From positions 1 through 64,000 of the IMG/VR virus record IMGVR_UViG_3300022198_002714: 64,000 nucleotides of DNA. One strand, written 5' to 3'. The notes below the pieces were generated by a model, which had not been told where the DNA came from, did not search any database, and worked only from the letters and a program-made list of their open reading frames with translations. This document shows, in pieces, positions 1 to 8,691 of the stretch (positions are counted from its first letter, which is position 1; each line of letters opens with the position of its first letter). The translations under genes and the position numbers were made by a program. Source of the stretch: a virus.

Positions 1-5
1 TGCAG

Positions 6-806
6 ATGGATGCTGCGTCGTATCAGTCCTACAAAACCGGCGGCAACGCCGCTTTGCTTTCACAGTCAAAGAACGTAACCGATGCCCTACCAAGTGGCGG
101 CGTCGTGTTCGTGCGTGACGGCGTGAATGACCACGTGTGCGCCGCGCTGAAGAAGGCGGGCATCATGGTCGTGCGGCGTGTTCCTGAGTCCACCATGCGT
201 GCGCTGAGCCGTGCTACGGGTGCGACCATCCATCAGACACCTTCCGACGCGAGCGAGGCTACACAGGCCACCGTGCGCCGTGAGCGGCACAACGACGTGT
301 GGTACCTGTTCGTGGAGAACGACCATGAGAGCAACGAGGCTACCCTCGTTCTGCGCGGTGCGACGACGCACACGCTTGACGAAGTGGAGCGGGGCTTCGA
401 TGATGCCCTCGGCGTCGTATCGCTTGTCATGCGCGACGGCAAGGTGGTTGTGGGCGGTGGCAACGCATACGCTCGCATGGCGATGCATCTGCGTACTCAC
501 GCAAGCACCATCGGTGGACGCGCTCAGATGGCGATTGAAGCCTTCGCTGATGCCTTGGAGTCCATCCCTGCTACCATCGCTGAGAACGCGGGTCACGACC
601 CCCTTGACACCATCCTCGCCATGCGACACGAACTGATGAGCGGCAACGTGCTTGCAGGCCCGGACGTGGAGAACGGCGGCGTGAAGATGCTTGACGAAGT
701 GGTGGAACCTGCCGCGCTTGTACGTCAGGCCGTGCTGAGTGCAGCCGAAGTCACCAACGCCATCCTGCGCATTGACGATATCATTGCACGACGGGGTGTT
801 GAGTGA
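6..806 (+). CDS. Group II chaperonin (thermosome-like), C-terminal part; probably begins upstream of the window
   Basis: TCP-1/Cpn60 motifs ATLVLRGATTHTLDEVERGFDDAL, VVVGGGNA, AFADALESIPATIAENAGHDP, VVEPAALVRQAVLSAAEVTNAILRIDDII. Confidence 0.95.
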   Translation: MDAASYQSYKTGGNAALLSQSKNVTDALPSGGVVFVRDGVNDHVCAALKKAGIMVVRRVPESTMRALSRATGATIHQTPSDASEATQATVRRERHNDVWYLFVENDHESNEATLVLRGATTHTLDEVERGFDDALGVVSLVMRDGKVVVGGGNAYARMAMHLRTHASTIGGRAQMAIEAFADALESIPATIAENAGHDPLDTILAMRHELMSGNVLAGPDVENGGVKMLDEVVEPAALVRQAVLSAAEVTNAILRIDDIIARRGVE

Positions 807-1075
807 TGGCTAAAGTGAAGCGTTTGTATGACCGAATCCCTGCTCTCATCATGTGGCTCTTCTTCGGCTATCTCGTCGTTGTGAACAGTCAGTATTCGGC
901 TGAAACCTACACCAATTATCCGGGTATGGAACACATCACGCTGAATACGCTACGTCTTGGGTACGCAATTATTGGTGGTGCAATTTTCGACTTTTTCTTT
1001 CTGTCTATTCGTGACCATCACTACCGTACACAGGAGTTGCTGAAGCCTGTTGTTTTTGCCGAGGATGATGAGTGA
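803..1075 (+). CDS. Small membrane protein (2 predicted TM segments)
   Basis: Overlaps the chaperonin stop; hydrophobic stretches IPALIMWLFFGYLVVV and LGYAIIGGAIFDFFFL. Confidence 0.7.
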   Translation: MMAKVKRLYDRIPALIMWLFFGYLVVVNSQYSAETYTNYPGMEHITLNTLRLGYAIIGGAIFDFFFLSIRDHHYRTQELLKPVVFAEDDE

Positions 1076-1182
1076 TGGCTACCTGCATCAGTTGTAGTCG
1101 CTCATGCTTACAGGAGCATCTGATTGACGGTGATTGGTGCATTGACTGTTGGGACCGTGAGTACGATGGGGAGACTCCTTGA
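1075..1182 (+). CDS. 35-aa CxxC...CxxC zinc-finger microprotein (not in ORF track)
   Basis: TGATG coupling to the upstream stop; MATCISCSRSCLQEHLIDGDWCIDCWDREYDGETP. Confidence 0.6.
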   Translation: MATCISCSRSCLQEHLIDGDWCIDCWDREYDGETP

Positions 1183-1348
1183 CCGCCTCAAATCAAAGTG
1201 CAGGCGATGTGGGCATTGGCATATCCCACGTCGTTTAACTGCGAAGTATTTGGACGAAACACAAGAGCGAATCAACCTGTACCAATGCCGCGAATGCGGG
1301 CACTATTGGCCTACGCAGCCATCCAAGCCTGTACCTGAGCAAGCGTAG
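1166..1348 (+). CDS. Zinc-ribbon protein (TFS/RpoM-like ribbon)
   Basis: CRRCGH...YQCRECGHYW; ATG at 1166 overlaps the preceding microprotein. Confidence 0.65.
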   Translation: MGRLLDRLKSKCRRCGHWHIPRRLTAKYLDETQERINLYQCRECGHYWPTQPSKPVPEQA

Positions 1349-1481
1349 GTGCGGCATCAGGCCAATCGTCAGGCCATGCTTCAGGACAGTACACGTAGTC
1401 GCCATCCCATCCTACTACGCCATATTCGTGAAATGGAAAATCAGGGTATTGCTCAGCAAGTGCATCAGGCATTGTCTTCAT
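1311..1481 (-). CDS. 56-aa protein after the tail fibre, possible fibre assembly/XkdW-like (not in ORF track)
   Basis: GAGGTGA SD directly upstream of ATG; MKTMPDALAEQYPDFPFHEYGVVGWDGDYVYCPEAWPDDWPDAAPTLAQVQAWMAA. Confidence 0.65.
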   Translation of the reverse strand: MKTMPDALAEQYPDFPFHEYGVVGWDGDYVYCPEAWPDDWPDAAPTLAQVQAWMAA

Positions 1482-1491
1482 TTATTTCACC

Positions 1492-3792
1492 TCAAGCAAT
1501 CTTGAACACCAACATTTCAGCGGTGTTTGTGTTCTTTGCGGAGCCGGAGTTTTGGTACGTCGTCACACCAAGTTGGTCACCCGGATTCAACACAATGACC
1601 TGACGTAGTGTACGACCATTACCACCGACGATTTCCCCACCTGCATCCCAATTTTGCAACCCACTATTCAGTACCCAACGTGACTGATAGAAGTTTGATG
1701 TAGTAGCGGTAAAAGCCGACAAGGACACACGGACTTCGACAATATACGTTCCGGGGTCAACAACGATGAAACCGTTGCTCGCTCCTGCCGCATAACCGAC
1801 AATCGGTGATGTAACACCAACCGAAGCAGTACCAAGCGGAATGTTCGTGTGCGTAGTATTGTTGATTGATGTAGCGGCAGCGTTCGTAGCAGCATACACC
1901 ATCGTCACGGTACCTGCGGGTACACTCGTCAAGTAGCCTGCCGCCGCATGGTCGCCCCATCCGTAGGCGGTTTCGCCCTGCGAAATGTCGCCACCACCTG
2001 CAACCGTCACACCTGCTGCGGGATGCGCGGTGAACACAGGGTCAGTCTCAGTCACGGACACGGCACCAAGCGCGGTGTCAATGCCGCTCAGGTGACCTTC
2101 AACGGTGGCTGCTGAGGGCGTGTAGTTCGCTGCACTTGCCGCAGCGGTCACTTGGCTATCGTCAACAGTCAGCGCAGCCTGATGCTGCGTGACGGACGAC
2201 TGTGTGATGTTGGCGTCAGGTACATTGGCCCACGTCACCGCAGCGGTCAAATCGTTTGTTTCAGACTGAAGTGCAGAAGCAATCAAACCACGTTCAGCAG
2301 TCGTGATGATGGCACCTGAGCCTGCGTCAGTCACGTCGCTGAGTTCGGTGACGCTATCCGTAGCGTGAATTACCTTCTTGTCGGTTCCCTCATCGTCCGT
2401 GAAATAGAGGCGATTTGGTGCATCGTTCTTGACCCAAAGCAGACCTTTCGCGGCTACGGTGGAGTGGCCTGTGGCTGCGACGTTGGCTTTCTCATCAATG
2501 ACTAAGCCGGTTGGGTCAATCAGACCACTTACGTTGAGTTTGCCGGTGATGGTAAGTGCAGCGGGGCTTGAGGTCCACGTAAGGTTTGCATCGCTTGTGA
2601 ACCCGCCTACGCCGTCAGACAACTGCACGTAGCCTGAGCCGCCGTGTGCGTTGGGCGACACCGCACCACTTGCGAAGATGACGCTTTGCCAATTGGTACC
2701 GTCGTACACAAAGACACCGGCTTCCTTGCCGTCCAACACCGCGCCAAGCCCACCGTTGTCGAAGGTGATGGCGTTGGTACCGTGGGCTGCGTGGTTGCTC
2801 ACGAAGACCGTGTGGCCCGCAGGGAACGTGCCGGTCGGGTTGAACTGATGCGCAGCCGTAGGCGTGATGACGAATACATTACTCTCATTGAACGTGAACG
2901 TCGTGGTGGTGCTTGGCGTCAGGGACTTGATGCCCGATGGCCCAAGCACATGCGTATGCCGCGTACCGCCGCTATCCTTGGCTGAATAGTATAGGAGTGA
3001 ATCGCCGTCAGCGTTGTACGATTGCCATAGCGCACCCATGCGGCTACTCGCCAAGTTACCCGCTTCGTCGCCGGAGTGTACCGTATCAATGTCGGTAACT
3101 GCGTTGGTAGCAGCAACCGAGCCACTTGTAACAGGAGTGAAGTAAATTGGTGACGGACGAGCGAATACACGCTTGTCGTTGCATTCTTGAATGTCCATCT
3201 TGAGGTCGCCACCTGCGCCGTTATACACGACGCGCAACGTAGCAAGGACGCAGGTGTTCTTGTTCGTCAACGAGCCGGGTGCGTTGAGGAATGCAGACGG
3301 CGAGGTGGGGTAGGTGTTGCTTGCCGTGGTGACAGGCGTACCCATCTCCCAATACACATTGTCGGGCGTACCACCGTCTGATGAGACGTACACCACAACG
3401 AGGGCTTCCTGACCCGATGTAAGGGCCGTAGGCGAGCCTGTCTTGTGTACGCTTGTGGTGGTGATAGGCACATCAATGCTACCGGAGTGTCCGCCTGCGA
3501 ATGAGTACAGTACGCCGTCAAGGATGGCCGTACCGCCCGTGACGCGGAACGTGTACGTGTTCGTCACTTGGTCGCACGTACCGGGTAGGTTCTCAGGCAC
3601 GTCACGGTCGCTATCACCGTACGCGGTGTCCTCTTCAAGCAGAATCCCGTTGCCGTGGATTCCCTCAAGGTAGTTCGTCATGGTCGGACTGAGGATATGG
3701 TCCCCGTCCGTCAGTCCATCAACGGCGGTAGCCGTGCCGGTCAGCGTCAAGTTGGCCTTCGTGTGGCCTGAAAGTGGGTTGCCTGTCATCAT
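1492..3792 (-). CDS. Tail fibre/receptor-binding protein with C1q/TNF-like C-terminal domain
   Basis: Thr/Ala/Gly/Ser-rich; fibre motifs ETDPVF and TAYGWGDHA; C-terminal GFIVVDPGTYIVEV...LNPGDQLGVTTYQNSG. Confidence 0.7.
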   Translation of the reverse strand: MMTGNPLSGHTKANLTLTGTATAVDGLTDGDHILSPTMTNYLEGIHGNGILLEEDTAYGDSDRDVPENLPGTCDQVTNTYTFRVTGGTAILDGVLYSFAGGHSGSIDVPITTTSVHKTGSPTALTSGQEALVVVYVSSDGGTPDNVYWEMGTPVTTASNTYPTSPSAFLNAPGSLTNKNTCVLATLRVVYNGAGGDLKMDIQECNDKRVFARPSPIYFTPVTSGSVAATNAVTDIDTVHSGDEAGNLASSRMGALWQSYNADGDSLLYYSAKDSGGTRHTHVLGPSGIKSLTPSTTTTFTFNESNVFVITPTAAHQFNPTGTFPAGHTVFVSNHAAHGTNAITFDNGGLGAVLDGKEAGVFVYDGTNWQSVIFASGAVSPNAHGGSGYVQLSDGVGGFTSDANLTWTSSPAALTITGKLNVSGLIDPTGLVIDEKANVAATGHSTVAAKGLLWVKNDAPNRLYFTDDEGTDKKVIHATDSVTELSDVTDAGSGAIITTAERGLIASALQSETNDLTAAVTWANVPDANITQSSVTQHQAALTVDDSQVTAAASAANYTPSAATVEGHLSGIDTALGAVSVTETDPVFTAHPAAGVTVAGGGDISQGETAYGWGDHAAAGYLTSVPAGTVTMVYAATNAAATSINNTTHTNIPLGTASVGVTSPIVGYAAGASNGFIVVDPGTYIVEVRVSLSAFTATTSNFYQSRWVLNSGLQNWDAGGEIVGGNGRTLRQVIVLNPGDQLGVTTYQNSGSAKNTNTAEMLVFKIA

Positions 3793-4133
3793 TCCACCTC
3801 AATTACAATCTGAATCTTCATTTCATTGGACCCATTTTTCGTGAAGGGTGCAATGTTGAATCGTGCCACCGGAAGGAAGTCGTTGGTGTCGCGCATCTGC
3901 ACGTACACTTCGCGCAGCGACTCGCTGAACGATTCGTCAAAGGGCACGGTTGCTTCGATTAGGACTGAAGAATCGTCAACGATGGTCACCGCAGGTACGA
4001 GCGTGATGGCGGGTCGGCCTGCTGAACCGTCGTCGCTCGTCGCGGGTGTGCCGTCAAAGCCGAGCGTCACCTCGTTGATGTTCGCGGCCACCGTCTCAAT
4101 CAACAAACGGCGCAGATGGTTGGAGACAGGCAT
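3789..4133 (-). CDS. Putative baseplate/fibre-attachment protein
   Basis: LGFDGTPATSDD...LREVYV...VARFNIAPFTK resembles tail-collar/fibre N-terminal domains; lies between hub and fibre. Confidence 0.5.
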   Translation of the reverse strand: MPVSNHLRRLLIETVAANINEVTLGFDGTPATSDDGSAGRPAITLVPAVTIVDDSSVLIEATVPFDESFSESLREVYVQMRDTNDFLPVARFNIAPFTKNGSNEMKIQIVIEVE

Positions 4134-4645
4134 CACATACCCTCCCATATGCCGCTCGGATGACTCCAAACCAATTTTTCCGGGTCAAGATTCGCTTGAT
4201 GTTGTGCAAACGTCTCTTCAAAATCCAACGGTGCTGATTCGTATTCATCTTCGTGCATACCAAGCAACGCAGGTGTGGGGTCTATTCCCATTCTGTCAAT
4301 TGGTTTTGGTAATTTTCCTCGATAACCCATAACCATACCCACAGGGTCACTTGCTGCCGCAAATCCCGACGCACCCTCATGTGCTTCGGGTGTATTGCCC
4401 TTAGCCCACCATGAACCCATTCCGCTAATTGAAAAAGGTGCAATCCCTTCATACGGGTTTGAATGCCACTTTTCAGCATCTTGTGGTTGTACACCCTCAA
4501 TCATATTCTGTGGTACTCGGCCCCCGTGAATCCCTCTAAACGCGGTCACAGGCTCCATACCGGGGTAGTCTTCGATGTAGTTGTACAACTTCATCTGCCG
4601 ACTTGCTTTCAGCAAGGTCCAAGCAGCATCCATTGGACTCATCAC
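4133..4645 (-). CDS. Tagged accessory protein: N-terminal PMDxAW tag, PIP-like peptide, ADP-ribosyltransferase-like domain
   Basis: MMSPMDAAWTLLKA-SRQMKLYNY; VTAFRG...GSWWA...FEETF; more AT-rich than flanking tail genes. Confidence 0.6.
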   Translation of the reverse strand: MMSPMDAAWTLLKASRQMKLYNYIEDYPGMEPVTAFRGIHGGRVPQNMIEGVQPQDAEKWHSNPYEGIAPFSISGMGSWWAKGNTPEAHEGASGFAAASDPVGMVMGYRGKLPKPIDRMGIDPTPALLGMHEDEYESAPLDFEETFAQHQANLDPEKLVWSHPSGIWEGM

Positions 4646-6033
4646 ACTTCCTCCGTCGGTCCCTTGGTCATGCCGATGGGCAAACCGTTGCCACCAATTT
4701 TACCACGTGTACGGGTGCCTTTAACGCCGCCGATGAGAATAGCCGTGTTGTTCACCCTACGGCTCGTAACCGTCGTTGTCACGATGAGGTCCACTTCACC
4801 GAAGAACGACAGGTTATGCCCTACGCGCTGCACGTAGGTCGAAGGACTCTCGTTGTTGCTCATGACCGTCGAGGACTCTCCGATGCCCTGCAACACCCCC
4901 TCAAGGCCCGTTTCAAGGTTCAGCAGCGTTAGGTCGCTTGTGGCTTCAAGCGGGTGGTGAATGATTTCGGTGATGACCTTGTTATTCCCACCGTACTTGA
5001 TGACCATGCCGGGGCGCATGTACGTGAGGTCGAGGTGTCCCGAAGACGTGATAGCACCCTTGCTCAAGGCTTGACCCTTGAGGATTTGACGGGCCACACG
5101 CCGCGCTGCATTTGTGGTACGTACGGTGTGGTCAACAATAGGCGTGGGGCTTTCACGCACTTCCTCAGCCTGACTCTCAGCATCGCTCACGGTGACAATC
5201 ACCAAGTCGTTGAGGGCCAACGGCAAACCCTGTACCGTCACGGTGTTGTCCGAGTTGTCCACAGGTGATTCGCTTTGCGTACCGGTGCGCAGGTTTTCGT
5301 CAATGTTCACGTTGCTCTCGCTAAACGACACAGGTACGTACAACAGGTTGCCGAAGCGGTCGAGCAGAATGATGCGGCTATCGTGCCGCCCAAGGAAGCG
5401 TAGCGCGGTCATGAGGTTCGTGTTGGTGAAGTCTTGACCGACGAAGCGTGTGCTATGGTTGCGGTAGGATGCGGTCAGGTTACGCGGTCGGGACAGGCCG
5501 ATGCTTGTCGTGCCGTTGGTCGCGCTTTCCGCGAGTCTGATGGCAAGGTCGCTTGTGCGCAGACCTACACCGATGGGCTGCCCAAGCCGTACCGAATCGC
5601 CGGTAAAACCAATCCCATTTAACGTGCGACCTTTCATGTTACGGAGTGAAAAAAGCACCCCGTTGCTTGAGGTTGAAATACCATCTCCGATGAGTCGCTG
5701 CGAAAAATCAGACCCATTAAACATCAGCATGGGCTTGTTGGCGTCCGAAAGTACATCAGAACCAAAGAACGGTGAGCCTGCAAACGTGTGACCGGCTGCG
5801 CTCTTATGCGTCAGTTGGACGGTTGACTCACCCTCCACGACCGTGTACTCACGCTCAGGCATGACCTGCAACGTGCGCGTCATGTTTTGCTCAACGGTGA
5901 CCTTGGGTTTGCCACTCTTCTGCACGCTGAGTCGCCCGTAGTGAATGGCGTTATCCACAAACACAGGCTTGCGTACGTGGGTCATGATGGCATCAGGCTC
6001 GCCATCATAGCGTGTGCCTTGTATTACCGTCAT
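4642..6033 (-). CDS. Putative baseplate hub/tail-tip protein
   Basis: ALRFLGRHDSRIILLDRFGNLLY and ARRVARQILK...YMRPGMVI pattern of hub (gp27/Tal-like) proteins; tail-module context. Confidence 0.55.
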   Translation of the reverse strand: MTVIQGTRYDGEPDAIMTHVRKPVFVDNAIHYGRLSVQKSGKPKVTVEQNMTRTLQVMPEREYTVVEGESTVQLTHKSAAGHTFAGSPFFGSDVLSDANKPMLMFNGSDFSQRLIGDGISTSSNGVLFSLRNMKGRTLNGIGFTGDSVRLGQPIGVGLRTSDLAIRLAESATNGTTSIGLSRPRNLTASYRNHSTRFVGQDFTNTNLMTALRFLGRHDSRIILLDRFGNLLYVPVSFSESNVNIDENLRTGTQSESPVDNSDNTVTVQGLPLALNDLVIVTVSDAESQAEEVRESPTPIVDHTVRTTNAARRVARQILKGQALSKGAITSSGHLDLTYMRPGMVIKYGGNNKVITEIIHHPLEATSDLTLLNLETGLEGVLQGIGESSTVMSNNESPSTYVQRVGHNLSFFGEVDLIVTTTVTSRRVNNTAILIGGVKGTRTRGKIGGNGLPIGMTKGPTEEV

Positions 6034-6039
6034 ACAACA

Positions 6040-6855
6040 TCAAAACCCCGGTGGTCGTCTTACGTCAGTTGATGGGAGTGGCGGCAAAACTCCAACAAGC
6101 CCCATCTCAACCAAATCTTCAAGGGTTGCAGGCTTCCCTCTATCCGCTTCCCACCGTGTAGCACGGATTTCAGGTTGCATCCCCAAATCAGCAAACCAAT
6201 CGGCCTTCTGTTCTCCTTCGGAATCGTATGCTTGCAAAGCATCCAATGCAAAATCTTGCATCTGAGCAGGAGTACGCACACGCTCACCAAACATGTTTGG
6301 AAGTGGAATGTTCACAAATTGTTCGGGTTTATATCCGCCGTATTGGAAGCCTTCAGGATAGCCGTGCAAAAGGTTGTGTCGCCAATACTGCGGGCTTTCA
6401 GTAATTCCAAGTAGTGTGTGTGGTTCAGAATAGCGTGATGTAATGTCAGGATGAGCGAGTGCCATGGCATCAGCAGGTGATACCCATGTACCGCTTACTG
6501 TGTCAATTTTTGGGTTAAACACACCCGGAAGTGCTTCCCTGCCATGTTGCCTCATTTGATATTCAAATTGGAGAGGTTGCCCTAACTTTTCACCGATGAT
6601 TGGCCGAGCCTGATGGTACGTTGATGTACGCCGTTGTGGAATCCATCGAAGTGCGGCGAGGTCTTCACCGCTCCAATCAGCCAAAGGTGGCACCTGCTTG
6701 AGCAAGTACGCCCAAGCAAGGTCCATGGGCGATGGAGCCTTCTGCACCCGCTCAGGTAACTTCTTACCCTTGGGTGTCTTGCTCTCGTACTCTTCAGCCA
6801 ACTCAGGTTCTTTGGCGTGCATATAACGCCGTTGAGCCTGACTGACAAACGGCAT
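6040..6855 (-). CDS. Tagged accessory protein: basic MPFVSQAQRR N-domain, tag, variable (ART-like?) domain
   Basis: VQKAPSPMDLAWAYLLKQ separates a short basic N-domain from an AT-richer domain with STYHQ...GTWVS...YPEGF. Confidence 0.6.
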   Translation of the reverse strand: MPFVSQAQRRYMHAKEPELAEEYESKTPKGKKLPERVQKAPSPMDLAWAYLLKQVPPLADWSGEDLAALRWIPQRRTSTYHQARPIIGEKLGQPLQFEYQMRQHGREALPGVFNPKIDTVSGTWVSPADAMALAHPDITSRYSEPHTLLGITESPQYWRHNLLHGYPEGFQYGGYKPEQFVNIPLPNMFGERVRTPAQMQDFALDALQAYDSEGEQKADWFADLGMQPEIRATRWEADRGKPATLEDLVEMGLVGVLPPLPSTDVRRPPGF

Positions 6856-6857
6856 GT

Positions 6858-8369
6858 TCACCACTTCACTTTGTCAGCCCAATACGCCGCACTCAGTTTG
6901 CCACGGCTGATGTTCTTGGCGTGGCGAGCCTTGAACGACTCACGACGCTTGCGGTATGAATCAGACTCGCCTTCCTTCTTTGGAGAGCCGGACACGCCTT
7001 GCTGACCGAAGCGAATGGTCTTGACCTGCCCTCCTTCACGGGCCACGACAACGTGGCTCTTCTTCGGGTGGTTGGGTGTGCGCTTGGGCTTGTTGAAGCC
7101 ACTCACGCCTGCGCGAGCGAGTCGTGGGTCGCGCTCGGCTTTCTGCATGCTGAGTGGCGAGCCGCACGTCTGACATGCACCTGCGGTTGCGGGAGTCTGA
7201 GCCAAGCAGTTCGGGTTGGCACACGTCGCCATGCCTTGTTGTACGCCAATCATTCGACGCTTTACGAGTACGTCGCTCTTCTCGACCTTCTCTTCCTTCT
7301 TGGGACTTCCAAGAGCAATGACCACGACCATGCCTTTCTTTGCCTTCTCTTCCTTCTCGGCTTTTTGAACCCCCACCGGCATTCGGCTACGCAGGTCGTT
7401 CACCATGTTTGCGTACGCGGGGTTCCCGTATTCAAACAATTTCATCTGATTTGGGTCTTGTTGTATGGAAGACAAGAATTGCAACGTGTCACGGGCTTGC
7501 ATGTAATCCGTCATACCACCCTGCCATGCGCGATTAGACAAATCTCCTTCCCACACGTCCAACATGGGTCGGTAGTTCTTTACTCGCTGAGCCAATTCAG
7601 CAAGTTTGTCTTTGTCCACACTACCGAATTGGTTTCGTAGGTTCACACCGTAGTTTGGGTCAAACTCGCCACGTTGGTAATCAATGGGTACGTAGCGATG
7701 ACCACGAAACGAGCGAAAAGCGGGGTCAAATACTCTCACTTGTCCATCTTGCAATCCAACATTGGGACCTTTAGCGTCTGAAAGACTCAAAAATTGCATC
7801 AATGGGTCAGAAACAATTGATTCCACTTCTTGCTCATGTCCGTGAAAATTGTCCCTACCCGGACCAAATACCTTCTCCATCTGTTGTTGTTCAACCGCCC
7901 CACGCACAGGCGTTTCAGGCACAATGGGGAGGTTCATGTCCGCAAGTGCTTGGGAAAGTGCAAGCGTAGCAAAACGATTTGGTGCGTGTGCTGAGTCATG
8001 TGGCACCTTCCGCACAGGTTGAGACTTGTCATCGGGAATTGTAGCGGTGCGATAGAAACCTGAAGTCGTGCGGGCCTTGACAATCGTTGGCTTCCCGCCA
8101 ACGCCCTGCTTCTTTGCACGCTTACGCTTGGTTGCGGCACGCTTCTCACCCTCGCTCATTGAGCCTGATGTACGAGGCGTCTTGGAACTGACCTTGACTG
8201 ATGGGCGACACTTGGGGTAGCCCTTGCTGCTCTTACTTGCCTTGGGGCGACCACAGGGCGGGTGCTTCCCGTCCTTGTCCTTTCGGCTCACGTCCACCCA
8301 CTTTTCCTTGAACCAACGATTCAAGTCCTTGATGACAAGCACATCGTGGCAGGTGCAGCGGTCGCTCAT
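6858..8369 (-). CDS. Modular polyprotein: basic domain, kinase-like domain, Zn ribbon, basic domain
   Basis: LNRWFKEKWVDV..PCGR..YPKCRP; SGFYR..VRKV..SDAKGPN..RVFDP; CANPNC..CQTCG; NKPKRTP..KTIRFGQQG..SFKARH..AAYWADKVKW; ATG at 8369 coupled to the upstream stop. Confidence 0.65.
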   Translation of the reverse strand: MSDRCTCHDVLVIKDLNRWFKEKWVDVSRKDKDGKHPPCGRPKASKSSKGYPKCRPSVKVSSKTPRTSGSMSEGEKRAATKRKRAKKQGVGGKPTIVKARTTSGFYRTATIPDDKSQPVRKVPHDSAHAPNRFATLALSQALADMNLPIVPETPVRGAVEQQQMEKVFGPGRDNFHGHEQEVESIVSDPLMQFLSLSDAKGPNVGLQDGQVRVFDPAFRSFRGHRYVPIDYQRGEFDPNYGVNLRNQFGSVDKDKLAELAQRVKNYRPMLDVWEGDLSNRAWQGGMTDYMQARDTLQFLSSIQQDPNQMKLFEYGNPAYANMVNDLRSRMPVGVQKAEKEEKAKKGMVVVIALGSPKKEEKVEKSDVLVKRRMIGVQQGMATCANPNCLAQTPATAGACQTCGSPLSMQKAERDPRLARAGVSGFNKPKRTPNHPKKSHVVVAREGGQVKTIRFGQQGVSGSPKKEGESDSYRKRRESFKARHAKNISRGKLSAAYWADKVKW

Positions 8370-8530
8370 CAGTACACCCCGACCATTTTCTTGAGATTCT
8401 TTTGTTGATGAAGTAAAGCGTAACAAGGACAACGAGGGGAACTATCGGAGCATTGGTTGCCCTCGTACATGCAGACGCAGGGCGTTTTCTTGGTTGCCCC
8501 GCAGCAACATTTGTCCTTCTTCAGTTTCAC
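8369..8530 (-). CDS. Small Cys-rich basic protein
   Basis: GTG overlapping the upstream stop; KCCCG..PCVC..QC..RCPCY (8 Cys in 53 aa). Confidence 0.55.
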   Translation of the reverse strand: MKLKKDKCCCGATKKTPCVCMYEGNQCSDSSPRCPCYALLHQQKNLKKMVGVY

Positions 8531-8691
8531 TTCTTGTCCCCCTTCTTCTTGCGGAACTTGCCCTGACAGTACTGCACGGCCCAACCGTTCGCATATGCGG
8601 AGGGGTACACCTTGAACTTCCGCTTAGCGGCCTTCTTGCCCGCTTCGCACAATTCCTTCAACACGGCCCAAGATTCGTCCATCGGCGTCAT
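8527..8691 (-). CDS. 54-aa tagged basic protein (not in ORF track)
   Basis: ATGA overlap with the giant gene stop; MTPMDESWAVLKELCEAGKKAAKRKFKVYPSAYANGWAVQYCQGKFRKKKGDKK. Confidence 0.7.
   Translation of the reverse strand: MTPMDESWAVLKELCEAGKKAAKRKFKVYPSAYANGWAVQYCQGKFRKKKGDKK

Noticed and set aside
1349-1603. 84-aa + strand ORF
   Set aside because: Overlaps the fibre C-terminus and a better-supported - strand ORF (1311-1481) that has an SD.
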